From Mesotaenium endlicherianum (taxonomy: Eukaryota): a stretch of 32,735 nt of DNA. The stretch spans positions 1-32,735 of the forward strand of contig WELA01001893.1 in NCBI GenBank assembly GCA_009602735.1, written 5' to 3'. Each line of letters starts with the position of its first letter. The first letter of the stretch is position 1. This document shows, in pieces, positions 1 to 10,879 of the stretch. The translations under genes and the position numbers were made by a program. A model generated the notes under the pieces. It was not told the origin of the DNA and did not search any database. It saw only the letters and a list, made by a program, of their open reading frames with translations.

Positions 1-403
1 GTTGATTTGTATTTCATTCAGCCACAACGAAGTGGAAGTTCATTCACTTACCAGCTGCAGAGTTCCATTTCACTTGTCGAGAAATATTTCCTTCAGCCAC
101 AACAAAGTGAGAGTTTGTTTGGACCATCATGAGTGAACATATTTTGACTTGTGCAAAAAACATTTATTTCTGGAAGTCCTTGCATATTTATGTACCTTGT
201 GATGCAAAATAGTGTCATACTGGATGGATGCAGCAATTTGTATTTCGAGAGCAGAGAAATAGTTTCATAATTCGGTTCATAGACATATATGAACCCCGTG
301 CCATATCAGCAGCCTGTCATTCAAAATGCCTCAAGAGAATTTCGATCGCAGAAGATATATTGAATATCCATTTCTCTTCATTGAATGAAAGTATGCTCCC
401 AAC

Positions 404-1147
404 TGAACGGGGCAAAGTGCCCTAGTGGAAGCGTAGTGACTCACGAGGAAAGGAACTAGTTGCCATCATACTAGAGAGTGCAGCGGCATATCACTAACAA
501 AGCTTAGGAAAATTACTCAACATTGTGAGTGGCAAGAAACTGCTCACAAATGATGTAGGATGAAAGGCCTTGTCATTACAAACGCGTAGAAATTTACAGA
601 AGTGAAAACTGATAAGAAACAAAGAAGTTATGCCTATTTATAATTTTCTGCCTAAGTTCTCCTCCCTAGGAGGAAGCTACGGATTTTCCTAAGTGTTCGT
701 CAAATCGTCCCTTCCAGAATATTCGTGAGTAAGCCAGATAAGTCTAATCTGACGTGTCGGGCCGAATTGACGTCCACATACATGCATCGACATTACTAGA
801 ATATTCTATCTTAGACGCGCTAGGCTAAACCGAAACTTCTAGGTAAATCGACCTAGTCGGCACTCCGCGTCAGCCGAACTTACGTGAAGGTTCGAGTTCA
901 TTCTAACGGGCCAGATCGCTCGACGCTGTCGGTCAATCCGACGGTCGCGCTCACCGCGAATTAAGGACAGTCGTCAACCGACCTCAAAACTAATTAAACT
1001 TCGGAAATCCATAACTCTCTCAATACTTGACCAAATTCGATGAACTTTATATCAAAATGACCACAAAAATGCACTCTACACTACTATACAATCAAAACAT
1101 ACTTTCATGATACTCAAAAATGCACTTCATAAACCTATGACCTTACA
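404..1147 (-). repeat. 3' LTR of element A (744 bp)
   Basis: Colinear with 5803-6546 (about 27 substitutions by eye, no indels) and with the reverse complement of 28539-29282. Confidence 0.97.
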
Positions 1148-4100
1148 TCATCCCCCTTCTCAAGATGCGACGTCCTCGACGCATTCTGCAGATAACGTCT
1201 CAACTTACTCTTACAATGAGTCAAGTTGGCCTCTGGCTCCCAAGTGTTGTCGTCCGCATGGTAGCCTTTCCACTTGACCAGATACTCTTGGACAACTCGT
1301 TGACCTCGCTTGACTCGTCGATCGCCGACAATCGCCTCCACTTCATACTCCAATACATCATCGATCTCGACCGGTGGTGGCGGTGTAGGTAGTCGTCCTG
1401 GATGTCCTTCATTCGGGTCAACGTATGGCCGTAGACAACTGACATGGAACACATCATGGATACGCCATCCTGGAGGAAGTTCCAACTTGTAGGTCACTAG
1501 ATTCACCTGCTTGAGCACTTCAAAGGGACCTGTAAACCGTGCCCGCAGTTTCCTCTTGCCTGTGAAAGGTAGGTTCTCTGTGGACAAGAGTACTTTGTCG
1601 CCCACTTGGAATGTCACTTCCCTCCTGTGCTTGTTAGCATGCTTGACCTGCTCTTGTTGTGCCTTCCGAATACACGTCTTCGCCATATCCCAAGTCTTGG
1701 CCATCTGCTCCATAAAAGCTTGTGTAGTAGGAACCTGAGTCTCCTTGGCCTTCTCCAACAAGATGTTCCCTGGATGATATACTTCTCTCCCATAAACCAT
1801 AGCGAATGGTGACTGCTTGGTCGATCCCTGCATGCTGTTGTTGTAGGCAAACTCCAACCCTGGTAGCTTCTTGTCCCACTCTGAAGGGTCTTCCATAGTG
1901 AAACTCCTGAGCACCTCTTGCAGAGTTCTGTTGAGCCTCTCACTCTGCCCATCTGTCTGAGGGTGATAGGAAGTGCTCATACTCAGCTTGGTCCCCATCA
2001 AAGTAAACAATGACCGCCAAAAGTTGCTAGTAAACCTTGGATCTCGATCTGAAACAATCACCTTCGGCAACCCATGTAGCCTAAAAATATGATCAAAGAA
2101 TAGCCGTGCCACATCTGCTGCCGTAGAAGTCTCCTTCATGGGAATGAAGTGAGCCATCTTGCTGAGTCTGTCAGACACTACCCATACTGCATCGTGCCCT
2201 TGACCACTGACTGGTAACGATGTGATGAAGTCCATAGCAATCTGCTCCCAAGGATACTCTGGAATAGGCAGGGGTCGCAATGTACCTCCCTTCTTTTGAT
2301 TTGGTGTCTTGTTTCTCTGGCACGCATCGCAACTCCTGATCCACTCCTCGATGTCCTTGTCCATATTTCTCCAGTAATATTCCCGCTTCAGCACGCTTGC
2401 CGTCTTCTCGCTTCCAAAGTGTCCAGCATATAAGCAGTCATGATGCTCCGCAAGTAGTAAGTCTCGTAGCTCCTTGATGTCAGGTACCACCACTCTCTTG
2501 GAATCACCATAATACCATATGCCGTCCTTCTTCTGCATACTCGAGTTGGACTCCGCTGCTCCACCATCAGCAAACTGTGGGTCCTCCTCATAACCTTTTT
2601 GAAGCTTCTCCTTGAAGTCCATATTCTCCTTGATGACTGAGACAGCTGCAAGGTCACACCTCCTGGATAAAGCGTCTGCAGGGTTGATCTTCCCAGGTAA
2701 GTACTCAATCTTGTGGTCGAACTGTTGCAGAAACTCCATCCACCTTGCCTGTCTTGGTGTCAACGTTGGCTGCGTCATAAACTTCTCCAAGCTCTTGTGG
2801 TCGGTCTTGATGAACACCTTCCGGCCGTCCACATAACATCGCCAAATCCTCAAAGCCTGGATAATAGCCAACATCTCCCGCTCGTGTGCTGCATAGTTTT
2901 GCTCAGCAGGACTCAACTTCCTGCTCTCATATGCCACAGGCTGCAATCCTTTGCCCTGGTCCTGGAGAAGAATGGCTCCCACTGCAAAGTTTGATGCGTC
3001 CGTGATGATGGTGAAAGGAAGCTCTGGACTGGCAATTGCCAACACAGGTGCCTGTGTTAACAGCTCTTTAATCTTCTCGAAGGCTTGCTGCTCCTTGTCA
3101 CCCCATAGCCACTTCTCCTGCTTCTTCAACATGTCCGTGAGCGGTGCACACACCTTGGCAAATCCTTCAATGAAACGTCGATAATAATTCGCCATGCCGA
3201 GGAAACTCCTGAGTTGATGAATATCAGCAGGTACCGGCCAATCTCTGACTGCTTGCACCTTCTTCTGCTCCACCTTGACTCCTTCAGCTCCCACTATGTG
3301 TCCAAGAAACTCGACCTCCTTGAGACAGAAGTCGCACTTGCTCATCTTCCCATACAGCTTTTGATCTCTCAAGACCTCCAACACCTTCCTCAGATGCTCC
3401 ACATGCTCTTCCAAGGTCTTCGAATAGATCAGGATGTCGTCCAAAAATACCACCACAAACTGGTCCAAGTAGGGTCTGAAGATACTATTCATGAGTCCCA
3501 TGAATGTAGCAGGTGCATTAGTCAATCCAAAAGGCATGACTGTGAACTCGAACAAACCATAGCGAGTTCTGAAAGCAGTCTTCTGAACGTCTCCTTCCGC
3601 AATCCGTACCTGGTGATAGCCACTCCTCAAATCGATCTTCGAGAAATACTTCGCCCCGACAAGCCTGTCAATCAACTCGTCCACTCGTGGAAGTGGGTAC
3701 CTGTTCTTGATGGTGACCTTGTTGAGTGCCCGGTAGTCGACACACATCCTCATAGTCCCATCCTTCTTCTTCACAAATAAGACTGGCGCTGCAAATGGAG
3801 ACTCGCTGGGTCGGATGAATCCCTTCTCCAATAACTCTGTCAGCTGCTTCTTCAACTCATCCAACTCCGCAAACGATTGTCGATAGGCGGGTCTCACTGG
3901 TGGCTTGCTCCCTGGTTCCAACTCAATCTTGTGCTCCATAGCTCTCTGTGGAGGTAATCCTGCAGGTAGCTCCTCAGGAAATACGCACTTGAACTCCTCC
4001 AACAGCGCCTTAATTTGGGCAGGCATCTCAGCAGGCTTCTTCTCTTGAGCAGTTGGGCTCTGCTCCTTCTGAGCAAGGGGATCAGACACCACTACTTGCT

Positions 4101-4818
4101 CCTCCGGCGATGTACATTCGCCCAGGCTGTTAGGATTCACGCTTGCTCCATCTGATGACCTGGCCAGGGCCACCGAAACAAGGTACATCTCCTTCACCTG
4201 ATTCGCCCTGCATAGCTTCTTAACTTGCAGGCTCGACAGAAGACAGTTACTTGTGGTCGTATCTACCTCCACCTGTTTCGCTGTCTCCATTCGACCATCA
4301 CGCCCTTGGACTTTCACTTGTCCTGTGCTCCAGTGCACTTGAGGGTTGGCTTTCCTCAGCCATGGTCGGCCCAATATCACCTCATGGTGACCCAACTCTG
4401 CCTGCTCCATAACTTCCTTACTCCGGTGCCCCGCTACTTCCACGTGAATAGCTTCCGTAGGTGCACCACACTTGAGTCTCTGCCCATTCGCCAAAATTGC
4501 CTCCTTAGGCTCATAATGCTTCTGCACAGGGATTCGCCACTCTTTCACCAGCTTCTTGTGCACAAAGTTTGCACTTGCGCCACTGTCGACCATACACTTC
4601 GCCTTGTTGCCGTCGACCACTCCTTCCACGATGATAGGCTTGTCAACGTCTCGTCCTTTGCTTCTCGGCAGGCTCCTGGGGATAACCTCCTTGTGAGTTC
4701 TCGTCTTCACGCCAGTAGACACCCCAGAACGACTTACTGGCGTCCTCCTTTTTCCTGCTGTTGAGGTTGCTTCGCCTTCACATGACAGTCTCGAGCCAGA
4801 TGTCCAAGCTTGCCGCAA
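1135..4818 (-). CDS. pol: Pol polyprotein (protease, RT, RNase H, integrase, chromodomain), probably expressed by -1 frameshift from gag near 4750
   Basis: Protease [36 protein letters not shown]. RNase H TDAS/E/TDH/ADALSR. Integrase HHCC (HHDCLYAGH...CDAC), D-D-E ([14 protein letters not shown]) and GPF motif. Chromodomain YEVEAI...YLVKWKGY...TWEP. The ORF-track start at 4818 is not a true initiator. Confidence 0.97.
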   Translation of the reverse strand: MRQAWTSGSRLSCEGEATSTAGKRRTPVSRSGVSTGVKTRTHKEVIPRSLPRSKGRDVDKPIIVEGVVDGNKAKCMVDSGASANFVHKKLVKEWRIPVQKHYEPKEAILANGQRLKCGAPTEAIHVEVAGHRSKEVMEQAELGHHEVILGRPWLRKANPQVHWSTGQVKVQGRDGRMETAKQVEVDTTTSNCLLSSLQVKKLCRANQVKEMYLVSVALARSSDGASVNPNSLGECTSPEEQVVVSDPLAQKEQSPTAQEKKPAEMPAQIKALLEEFKCVFPEELPAGLPPQRAMEHKIELEPGSKPPVRPAYRQSFAELDELKKQLTELLEKGFIRPSESPFAAPVLFVKKKDGTMRMCVDYRALNKVTIKNRYPLPRVDELIDRLVGAKYFSKIDLRSGYHQVRIAEGDVQKTAFRTRYGLFEFTVMPFGLTNAPATFMGLMNSIFRPYLDQFVVVFLDDILIYSKTLEEHVEHLRKVLEVLRDQKLYGKMSKCDFCLKEVEFLGHIVGAEGVKVEQKKVQAVRDWPVPADIHQLRSFLGMANYYRRFIEGFAKVCAPLTDMLKKQEKWLWGDKEQQAFEKIKELLTQAPVLAIASPELPFTIITDASNFAVGAILLQDQGKGLQPVAYESRKLSPAEQNYAAHEREMLAIIQALRIWRCYVDGRKVFIKTDHKSLEKFMTQPTLTPRQARWMEFLQQFDHKIEYLPGKINPADALSRRCDLAAVSVIKENMDFKEKLQKGYEEDPQFADGGAAESNSSMQKKDGIWYYGDSKRVVVPDIKELRDLLLAEHHDCLYAGHFGSEKTASVLKREYYWRNMDKDIEEWIRSCDACQRNKTPNQKKGGTLRPLPIPEYPWEQIAMDFITSLPVSGQGHDAVWVVSDRLSKMAHFIPMKETSTAADVARLFFDHIFRLHGLPKVIVSDRDPRFTSNFWRSLFTLMGTKLSMSTSYHPQTDGQSERLNRTLQEVLRSFTMEDPSEWDKKLPGLEFAYNNSMQGSTKQSPFAMVYGREVYHPGNILLEKAKETQVPTTQAFMEQMAKTWDMAKTCIRKAQQEQVKHANKHRREVTFQVGDKVLLSTENLPFTGKRKLRARFTGPFEVLKQVNLVTYKLELPPGWRIHDVFHVSCLRPYVDPNEGHPGRLPTPPPPVEIDDVLEYEVEAIVGDRRVKRGQRVVQEYLVKWKGYHADDNTWEPEANLTHCKSKLRRYLQNASRTSHLEKGDDVRS
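1148..1160 (-). promoter_or_regulatory. Polypurine tract of element A (AGAAGGGGGATGA)
   Basis: Purine-rich run abutting the 3' LTR on the minus strand. Confidence 0.9.
4709..4755 (-). promoter_or_regulatory. Candidate -1 ribosomal frameshift signal of element A (G_GAA_AAA, 5-nt spacer, 9-bp stem)
   Basis: pol is in the -1 frame relative to gag. GGAAAAA at 4755-4749 is in gag phase. A perfect stem ACGCCAGTA (4743-4735) / TACTGGCGT (4717-4709) overlaps the gag stop. The heptamer is non-canonical. Confidence 0.6.
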
Positions 4819-5765
4819 CTATAGCACGGTCCTCTCGGCTTGAAATTCTGCTGCCTGCGCTGGTACTGCACAAGTCCCAACTCCATGGGTACTGGACCTT
4901 GAACACTCGTGCTTGGCGCTTGAGATCCAAAGTGTCGATATCCTCCAAAGTTGTGGCTGCCCCACTGCCTCTGACTATACTCCACAGCGTCGACCCTTGT
5001 TGCCAATGCCATCATTTCTCCAAGACTGGTAGGGTCCTTGAGCGCCACTTCCTTGGCCACAGTTGGCTTGAGTCCCCTCTTGAACTTGTCCATCATCTCC
5101 GACTCGTGCATGGATGGACATTGAAGCACCAGCTCGTTGAAGCGCGATACATACTCTTGAACGCTTCCTCGTTGACGAAGGCGCACCAATAGATCTCGAG
5201 CGGTAGCCTCGGGTGCAATAGGTTGAAATTGCCTCTTCAAGCCTTCAAATAGCTGATCAACAGTAGCAGGAACTCCAGACAGCTGCTCTTCTCGTTCATA
5301 CCAAGCTCCAGCACTCTTCTGCAGCAAAGTTATGACAAAGGCGACTTGCCTGTCGGGCGTGAGCGCAGAATACTCCATAAACTTCTTCACTCCAAAAATC
5401 CATTGATGAACAGGCGGCGATCCACGCTCTCCAGTATAAACTTCAGGCTTAGGCGCACGCACTCCTGATGCGGGTGGAATAACTGGTTGCACCACTGGGT
5501 TAACATGAATCGGTGGTACAACAGGTGCAGGTGCCGAACTCGTCGAAGCGGCGTTCCCCATAACAACTCGCACCATTCTCTCCACCTCCGCGCGCATATT
5601 TTGTTGAAACTGGGTGTAGACTTCTCCTCCAATTGCATTTGCCATTTGCCTTAGCATCGCCTGCATCTCTTGTTGCTCTCTGGTCATTGTTGGTGCTGCC
5701 TGCTGCCCCGCGCGCTCAACATGCTCGACATGTTCGCCTCCTCCAGCTGCCGGCTGCGACTCCAT
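4734..5765 (-). CDS. gag: Gag (retrotransposon capsid plus CCHC zinc knuckle), 343 aa
   Basis: ATG just downstream of the [17 protein letters not shown]...FKRGL gag motif; [19 protein letters not shown]. Confidence 0.95.
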   Translation of the reverse strand: MESQPAAGGGEHVEHVERAGQQAAPTMTREQQEMQAMLRQMANAIGGEVYTQFQQNMRAEVERMVRVVMGNAASTSSAPAPVVPPIHVNPVVQPVIPPASGVRAPKPEVYTGERGSPPVHQWIFGVKKFMEYSALTPDRQVAFVITLLQKSAGAWYEREEQLSGVPATVDQLFEGLKRQFQPIAPEATARDLLVRLRQRGSVQEYVSRFNELVLQCPSMHESEMMDKFKRGLKPTVAKEVALKDPTSLGEMMALATRVDAVEYSQRQWGSHNFGGYRHFGSQAPSTSVQGPVPMELGLVQYQRRQQNFKPRGPCYSCGKLGHLARDCHVKAKQPQQQEKGGRQ

Positions 5766-5786
5766 AATATAATATGCAAACTAGCC

Positions 5787-5800
5787 CTGCTCCGATACCA
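5787..5800 (-). promoter_or_regulatory. Primer binding site of element A, TGGTATCGGAGCAG (tRNA-iMet type)
   Basis: Lies 2 nt inside the 5' LTR end; differs from the common plant PBS TGGTATCAGAGC by A>G. Confidence 0.9.
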
Positions 5801-5802
5801 GA

Positions 5803-6546
5803 TGAAAGGGGCAGAGTGCCCTAGTGGAAGCGTAGTGACTCACGAGGAAAGGAACTAGTTGCCATCATACTAGAGAGTGCAGCGGCATATCACTAACAAA
5901 GCTTAGGAAAATTACTCAACATTTTGAGTAGCAGGAAACTGCTCACAAATGATGTAGGATGAAAGGCCTTGTCATTACAAACCCGTAGAAATTTACAGAA
6001 GTGAAAACTGATAAGAAACAAAGAAGTTATGCCTATTTATAATTTTCTGCCTAAGTGCTCCCCTCTAGGAGGAAGCTACGGATTTTCCTAAGTTTTCGTC
6101 AAATTGTCCCTTCCAGAATATTCGTGAGTAAGCCAGATCAGTCTAATATGACGTGTCGAGCCGAATCGACGTCCACATACATGCATCGACATTACTAGAA
6201 TATTCTATCTTAGACGCGCTAGGCTAAATCGAAACTTCTAGGTAAATCGACCTAGTCGGCACTCCGCGTCAGACGAACTTACGTGAAGGTTCGAGTTCAC
6301 ACTAACGGGCCAGATCGCTTGACGCTGTCGGTCAATCTGACGGTCGCGCTCACCGCGAAGTAAGGACAGTCGTCAACCGACCTCAAAACTAATTAAACTT
6401 CAGAAATCCGTAACTCTCTCAATACTTGACCAAATTCGATGAACTTTATATCAAAATGACCAAAAAAATGCACTCTACACTACTATACAATCAAAACATA
6501 CTTTCATGAAACTCAAAAATGCACTTTATAAACCTATGACCTTACA
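5803..6546 (-). repeat. 5' LTR of element A (744 bp)
   Basis: TGTAAGG...CCTTTCA on the minus strand, adjacent to the PBS, followed by TSD CCAAC. Confidence 0.97.
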
Positions 6547-6840
6547 CCAACACACTGGGCGATAAATAAAGGAATGCATAATAAATTGAGCCTACCTAGC
6601 TACCTGCTGTCCACCATTCCAAGCTCCTTGCGTAGTACTAATCTGCATGTATCCTACTATTTACCTACCACTCATCATAATATTAATTTACAAGGCCAAC
6701 ACAGCTTGGTTTGTCACTGTTGGGCGTCAGAAAGTTGTATGCTTGCATCCTGTTCTATCTCTTTTTCTTCACAAGCTCCTTCTTGAGCTTCACTCTCGTA
6801 GTGGTCAGTGTGGCACCCCCGCCCTTGTTACCCTTGCCTG

Positions 6841-6898
6841 CAATTCACACAAGCAAACGCTCTCGTCAGCAATTCACACAAGCAAACGCTCTCATCAG
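6841..6898. repeat. 29-bp tandem duplication (CAATTCACACAAGCAAACGCTCTCRTCAG x2)
   Basis: Two adjacent copies with one mismatch. Confidence 0.85.
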
Positions 6899-9800
6899 CA
6901 GCATGGCCCAACTCGAGATACAAAGTCCATTTAGCCAAGTGAGTGGATTTTTATTTCTCACCTGAAAAATGCTTGTTGGATATTTGCAAAGGTTCCTCAA
7001 TTCCTCCCTCCGCCCCCGCTTGCTGTGTAGTAGAGTGTACACCCGCAAAAAAGACAAATGCAGGAGTGTTAATGAAGGTGTCAGCAAGCACACCTTCCAT
7101 TAAAAGTGGACCCAAATTACCATGCCAGGCTCGAGAGTAGATGGTAGTTACAGGCTTCATAAAGGCCATGATTAGCAATTCCATGGACGTCAGTATTTCT
7201 GGCATGTCGTCGACCTTTGCACCGTTTTTGATCAAGGTCCTCCAGGGTGTCGTATGAATGATCAGATGCCTTGCCATCTCTTCCCTCTTTGCATTGAATA
7301 ACTCGGTTTGGGCTTTGCCGAGCGCGTACTCCGGAAGCTTCAAGAGCGCTCTAATCTTGGGGGCGATCAGCGTCCTGTTGTTCCTCCACTTAGTAGTCAA
7401 CAACTGCAAGCTCAAAACAAACAAGTTGCGGTGAGATGGATGAGATAGTAATAGGCTTAGGTGCATTCACAGAAATGAATTGCTTGGAAGGATGGGTTCC
7501 TCATTAGTTTGAGAGGATGACACTCACGTCCTGGATCTCCTTGTGTAGCTGCGCTCCTATCGGATGCTGCTTGAACTACATAGCAAGGTCTGGAATGAGA
7601 CGCTTCTTTCCCGCCGTCCAATCGTCCACTACCTTGGTTGTTCTCTCGTCTCTTAGTACCATCATCCTTTGAATAACCTCCACTGACTGAAGATCTATAG
7701 CAATTTTGTTGAGCTCGATGTCCACCCATGCACATGTGCTGGTTCGCTTCAATTTGAATACTTTTGCACAACTGTCTGCCTGCACAAATCGAAAGAAAAT
7801 TAGGAATTCGTGACCACCACTGTGGAAACTCAAATCTGACCTAACAGAGCAGAATCGAAACATTGCAGACTTACCAGAGTATTTTTCTTAGGCCCAAGAG
7901 GTGTCCTGGGAGGCCTCTTTGGGGCCCCACTTTTGTGGTTGATATCCTCTGCAATATTAAATATAGCGGTGCACATGTGCATCATTATCTTGTAATTTCT
8001 ATCAAATTCTGCATTAATGACAGCGAATTCACCCGACATTAGAATTTCTTCATCGTCAGCAGCGACCTCATTATTTGCAACTATATTTCGTAAGACGCCC
8101 AGCACGATGTCATTCTTGCTCTGCTCAGGCAGCGGCGATGTCGACTCTGGTGTTCCCTCTGGTGTTCCCTCATCCTCCTCAGGAGTACTGCTAATGGTAA
8201 TGACTGGTTCGGGCCTCGTCGATAGCCGCTAGTGGTAATGATCGGTGCGGGCCTCGTCGATGGCCCCACTGAGGTGCAAACAGTGTCGGCCTTCAAGTCT
8301 TTGTGAAGAAAGTGAAGACTCTCGCCTAAGTTGATAGCCTGAACCAACATATGCTGATCCTTAATGCTCATCTTGGGGTGAGTCTTTCTCCTCTTCTTCA
8401 CACTACCTTCCTTTTTCACTGGCCGCTGGTATTTGTGGCCGTATACTTCGATTAGTGATCTAACTACCTTTATTCGAGCCCGTTTCTTTGCTTCCTGAGG
8501 AGGTTGCGTTCTCCTTATACTACCCCCACAATCCATTGTTCTCCACCCGGGTTCATAAGTCGCCAATCATCCCTGACACGCCCTACATTTCGGCCAAAAT
8601 AGAGGAGGGAGAATTTTGAGATGCCGAACTTGAGAGGCAGTGTTCAACTTTCAAAACCTAATTTCTTACGTGTTAGGTGCAGTGAACTGAAGGCGCAAAC
8701 ACGAGTGGCACCTGGGAGGTGATTTAATTGCAAATTAAGTGAAGTATTACAAATGAAATTGGCCAACGACTGGCTGTGACCCGCCAAAATATTGCATCAT
8801 TTGGCGGTTATGTCTATGCCAAATACGGAATTTTGTTGTGATTCTCTTCCGCGATATAGTTCGTGTGCCCGACCCGATAATCCGGTCAATCGAACTCTGT
8901 AAGTGCACCGAGTCCATATTTCGCTGGCGCTTGGTTGGTTGTTGCACAGAGGTCGGACGTGGTTAAACGCCTCTTATCACCTTCGACGTCCGATCACGTC
9001 CAATTGTCAAACCCGACCTCCTCTAACCCGAAAATAGGGTATAGGGTACGTGGCCGACGTGGACCACCGTGGACTGTGGCAAACCTTCAACCTCGTCCTT
9101 TGATATCCTCCCGAGCAAAAATGCACATGCAAAGCCATGCAGAGCCACGGCTTCATGCTAGTGGCTCATGTGATAATTCGTACAAGAGGCGCATCTTCAG
9201 TGCTCAGTTTTCGTCCAATAACGTCCATTTTGACGTGACGTCAACTCACAAAAGCTAAACAATCACACGTGTCGCGAGCACCGTGAAGTAAACCAGCGAA
9301 TGTGATTCGAGAGCACTGCATCCTTTGCCAAAAATGTGCATGCCGCATGGCGCATGGTGTGCATGCCTTGAGCTCAACGAGTGGCGAAGCTCATATGAAG
9401 ACCTCCGCTCAAAGCTCGAAGCTCGAACACGAGCATGCACGGCGACAATCGAGCAAAAGATGGATGCAAAACGGGCTCACCGGCTTCCATCTTTCTTTAA
9501 CTTTTGCCATTTTAACAATCTCTGGCCTCCACTCTCCCATTTCTTCCCTCTCCCTACGGCTACCTTCATTCCAGGCTTCTCTCACTTCCAAATATGGCCT
9601 GTAGATCCCAAGGAGGCCCTGTGGTTGAACGTGCTCGCATCCTCACACCAGGGTATGCAAAATATGCAAGGTTATTCATAGGTCCCGTTCAGGATCAGGG
9701 GCGCACAAAGGATGACAAACTCCCACAATTTGCAAATATTTTCCAATGCCCAGCTAATGGCGAGAAAACTGGTGAGCTGGTTATAGACGACGCCACAATG

Positions 9801-10125
9801 AAGTATATGAAGGAACCGTTGTACGGTATCACATACCTCATTGTGGAGGTATCCTGAGGACTTCCATGCTATGGTGTGTGAAGTTGTTCTGTCAGACGGC
9901 TGCCGTGTGATCATGAAGAGGGAGGGTAGGCACTACTTTAGCCGCACTAGGGTGCCGCGTGGTCAGTTAAAGACGGAGTATAAGAATTGGTTAGAAGAGT
10001 TATCCATCGGGGAGGTGTTGAAATCCACCAAGTGCAATTTAAAGTGTACGCTGGTGTGTCGTTCGAGGATTAAGAGAGTGGCAAACTTGCATGATATAAA
10101 TAAGGAGCCTTGGACAGTGGGAGTC

Positions 10126-10845
10126 TGTAATGAATCAGTATACTGGTCGATATAATATTCATTTAAATAATATAGTTAAATAAGTTCAGCTTGCTGAACT
10201 CTAGTTAACAATCAGTCTGCTGGACTTTATACTTAATATCAGTTTAATGACTTGGCCGGAAGTAGCAGGCTGAGGTCACCTTAAGTCAGCTTGCTGACAC
10301 ATTCTTTGACAGCCAGCTGACTTCCGTACTCGGTAGCAGCAAACTGCCTCGACATGCATCTAAGTGTGGTGTGCTAAATGAATGGCCAGATGACATCCCT
10401 ATGATGGATGGCGATTCGGGATGATGGGAGATGGCGGTGGATTTGGTTAACCGAGGTCCTACCAACGTGGTTAACTCCCGGGTAGGCGGTGCCATCGCAC
10501 TGACCGTTGAACAGTAAACTCATTCCATGTACATACGCTAGACATTGCTCTCGAGTTCGGCATTCGGAAACGAGGCCAACTCTCTTGTACAGCTTACTGA
10601 GAGAGATCTGAATCCAAGGCGAGAAGCCATTGATACGCACTGTCTTCTAACCTTGCTTATGTATGAGTTTACTGATTTGCATCATTGATGCTAGTTTACT
10701 CGCATTTGACTTACGAGTATTATTCCCTGCTAGTGTATTGTCCTTTGCCGTTTAACTAGTTAACGGAAATACCATAAAGATTACTTGCTGATATAAAGAT
10801 CTTTATTAATTGTTAATCGCCTATTTGGTAAGTCGATTCATTTCA
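10126..10845 (+). repeat. 5' LTR of element B (720 bp)
   Basis: TGTAATGAATC...GATTCATTTCA (imperfect terminal inverted repeat); colinear with 18219-18939. Confidence 0.96.
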
Positions 10846-10846
10846 G

Positions 10847-10860
10847 TGGTATCGGAGCAG
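10847..10860 (+). promoter_or_regulatory. Primer binding site of element B, TGGTATCGGAGCAG
   Basis: 1 nt after the LTR end; the same 14-mer as the PBS of element A. Confidence 0.9.
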
Positions 10861-10879
10861 TTATCACAGTCTTCTTTGT

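Larger units (their letters stand above)
404..6546 (-). mobile_element. Full-length Ty3/gypsy chromovirus LTR retrotransposon (element A)
   Basis: Two 744-bp LTRs with TG...CA ends (404-1147, 5803-6546). 5-bp TSD CCAAC at 399-403 and 6547-6551. PBS, PPT, gag and PR-RT-RH-IN-chromodomain pol all lie on the minus strand. Confidence 0.98.
50..8566 (-). pseudogene. Decayed multi-exon gene of unknown identity, interrupted by element A; probably continues beyond the window start
   Basis: Chain of protein-like minus-strand reading segments (8566-7875, 7779-~7460, ~7404-6962, then shorter ones). Splice signals: CTG|GTAAGT at 7875/7874, TTTGTGCAG| at 7780 (95-nt intron with CTAAT branch site), TTGCAG| near 7405, CAG|GTGAGA at 6962/6961, CCCAG| near 6555 just outside the TSD, AAG|GTACAT near 195 and CTG|GTAAGT near 52. 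In-frame stops and a frameshift near 8225. No recognisable domain. Confidence 0.45.

Noticed and set aside
1165..5192. Antisense and alternate-frame ORFs over gag-pol of A (e.g. 3214-3780, 4225-4764), and similar ones over B and the hAT
   Set aside because: Shadow ORFs expected opposite long coding regions; no independent motifs.
10286..10640. Short ORFs inside LTRs (also 18379-18733, 18904-19227, 22821-23126, 23948-24253)
   Set aside because: They recur only because the LTRs or the duplicated block recur; mostly non-ATG starts and no protein-like features.
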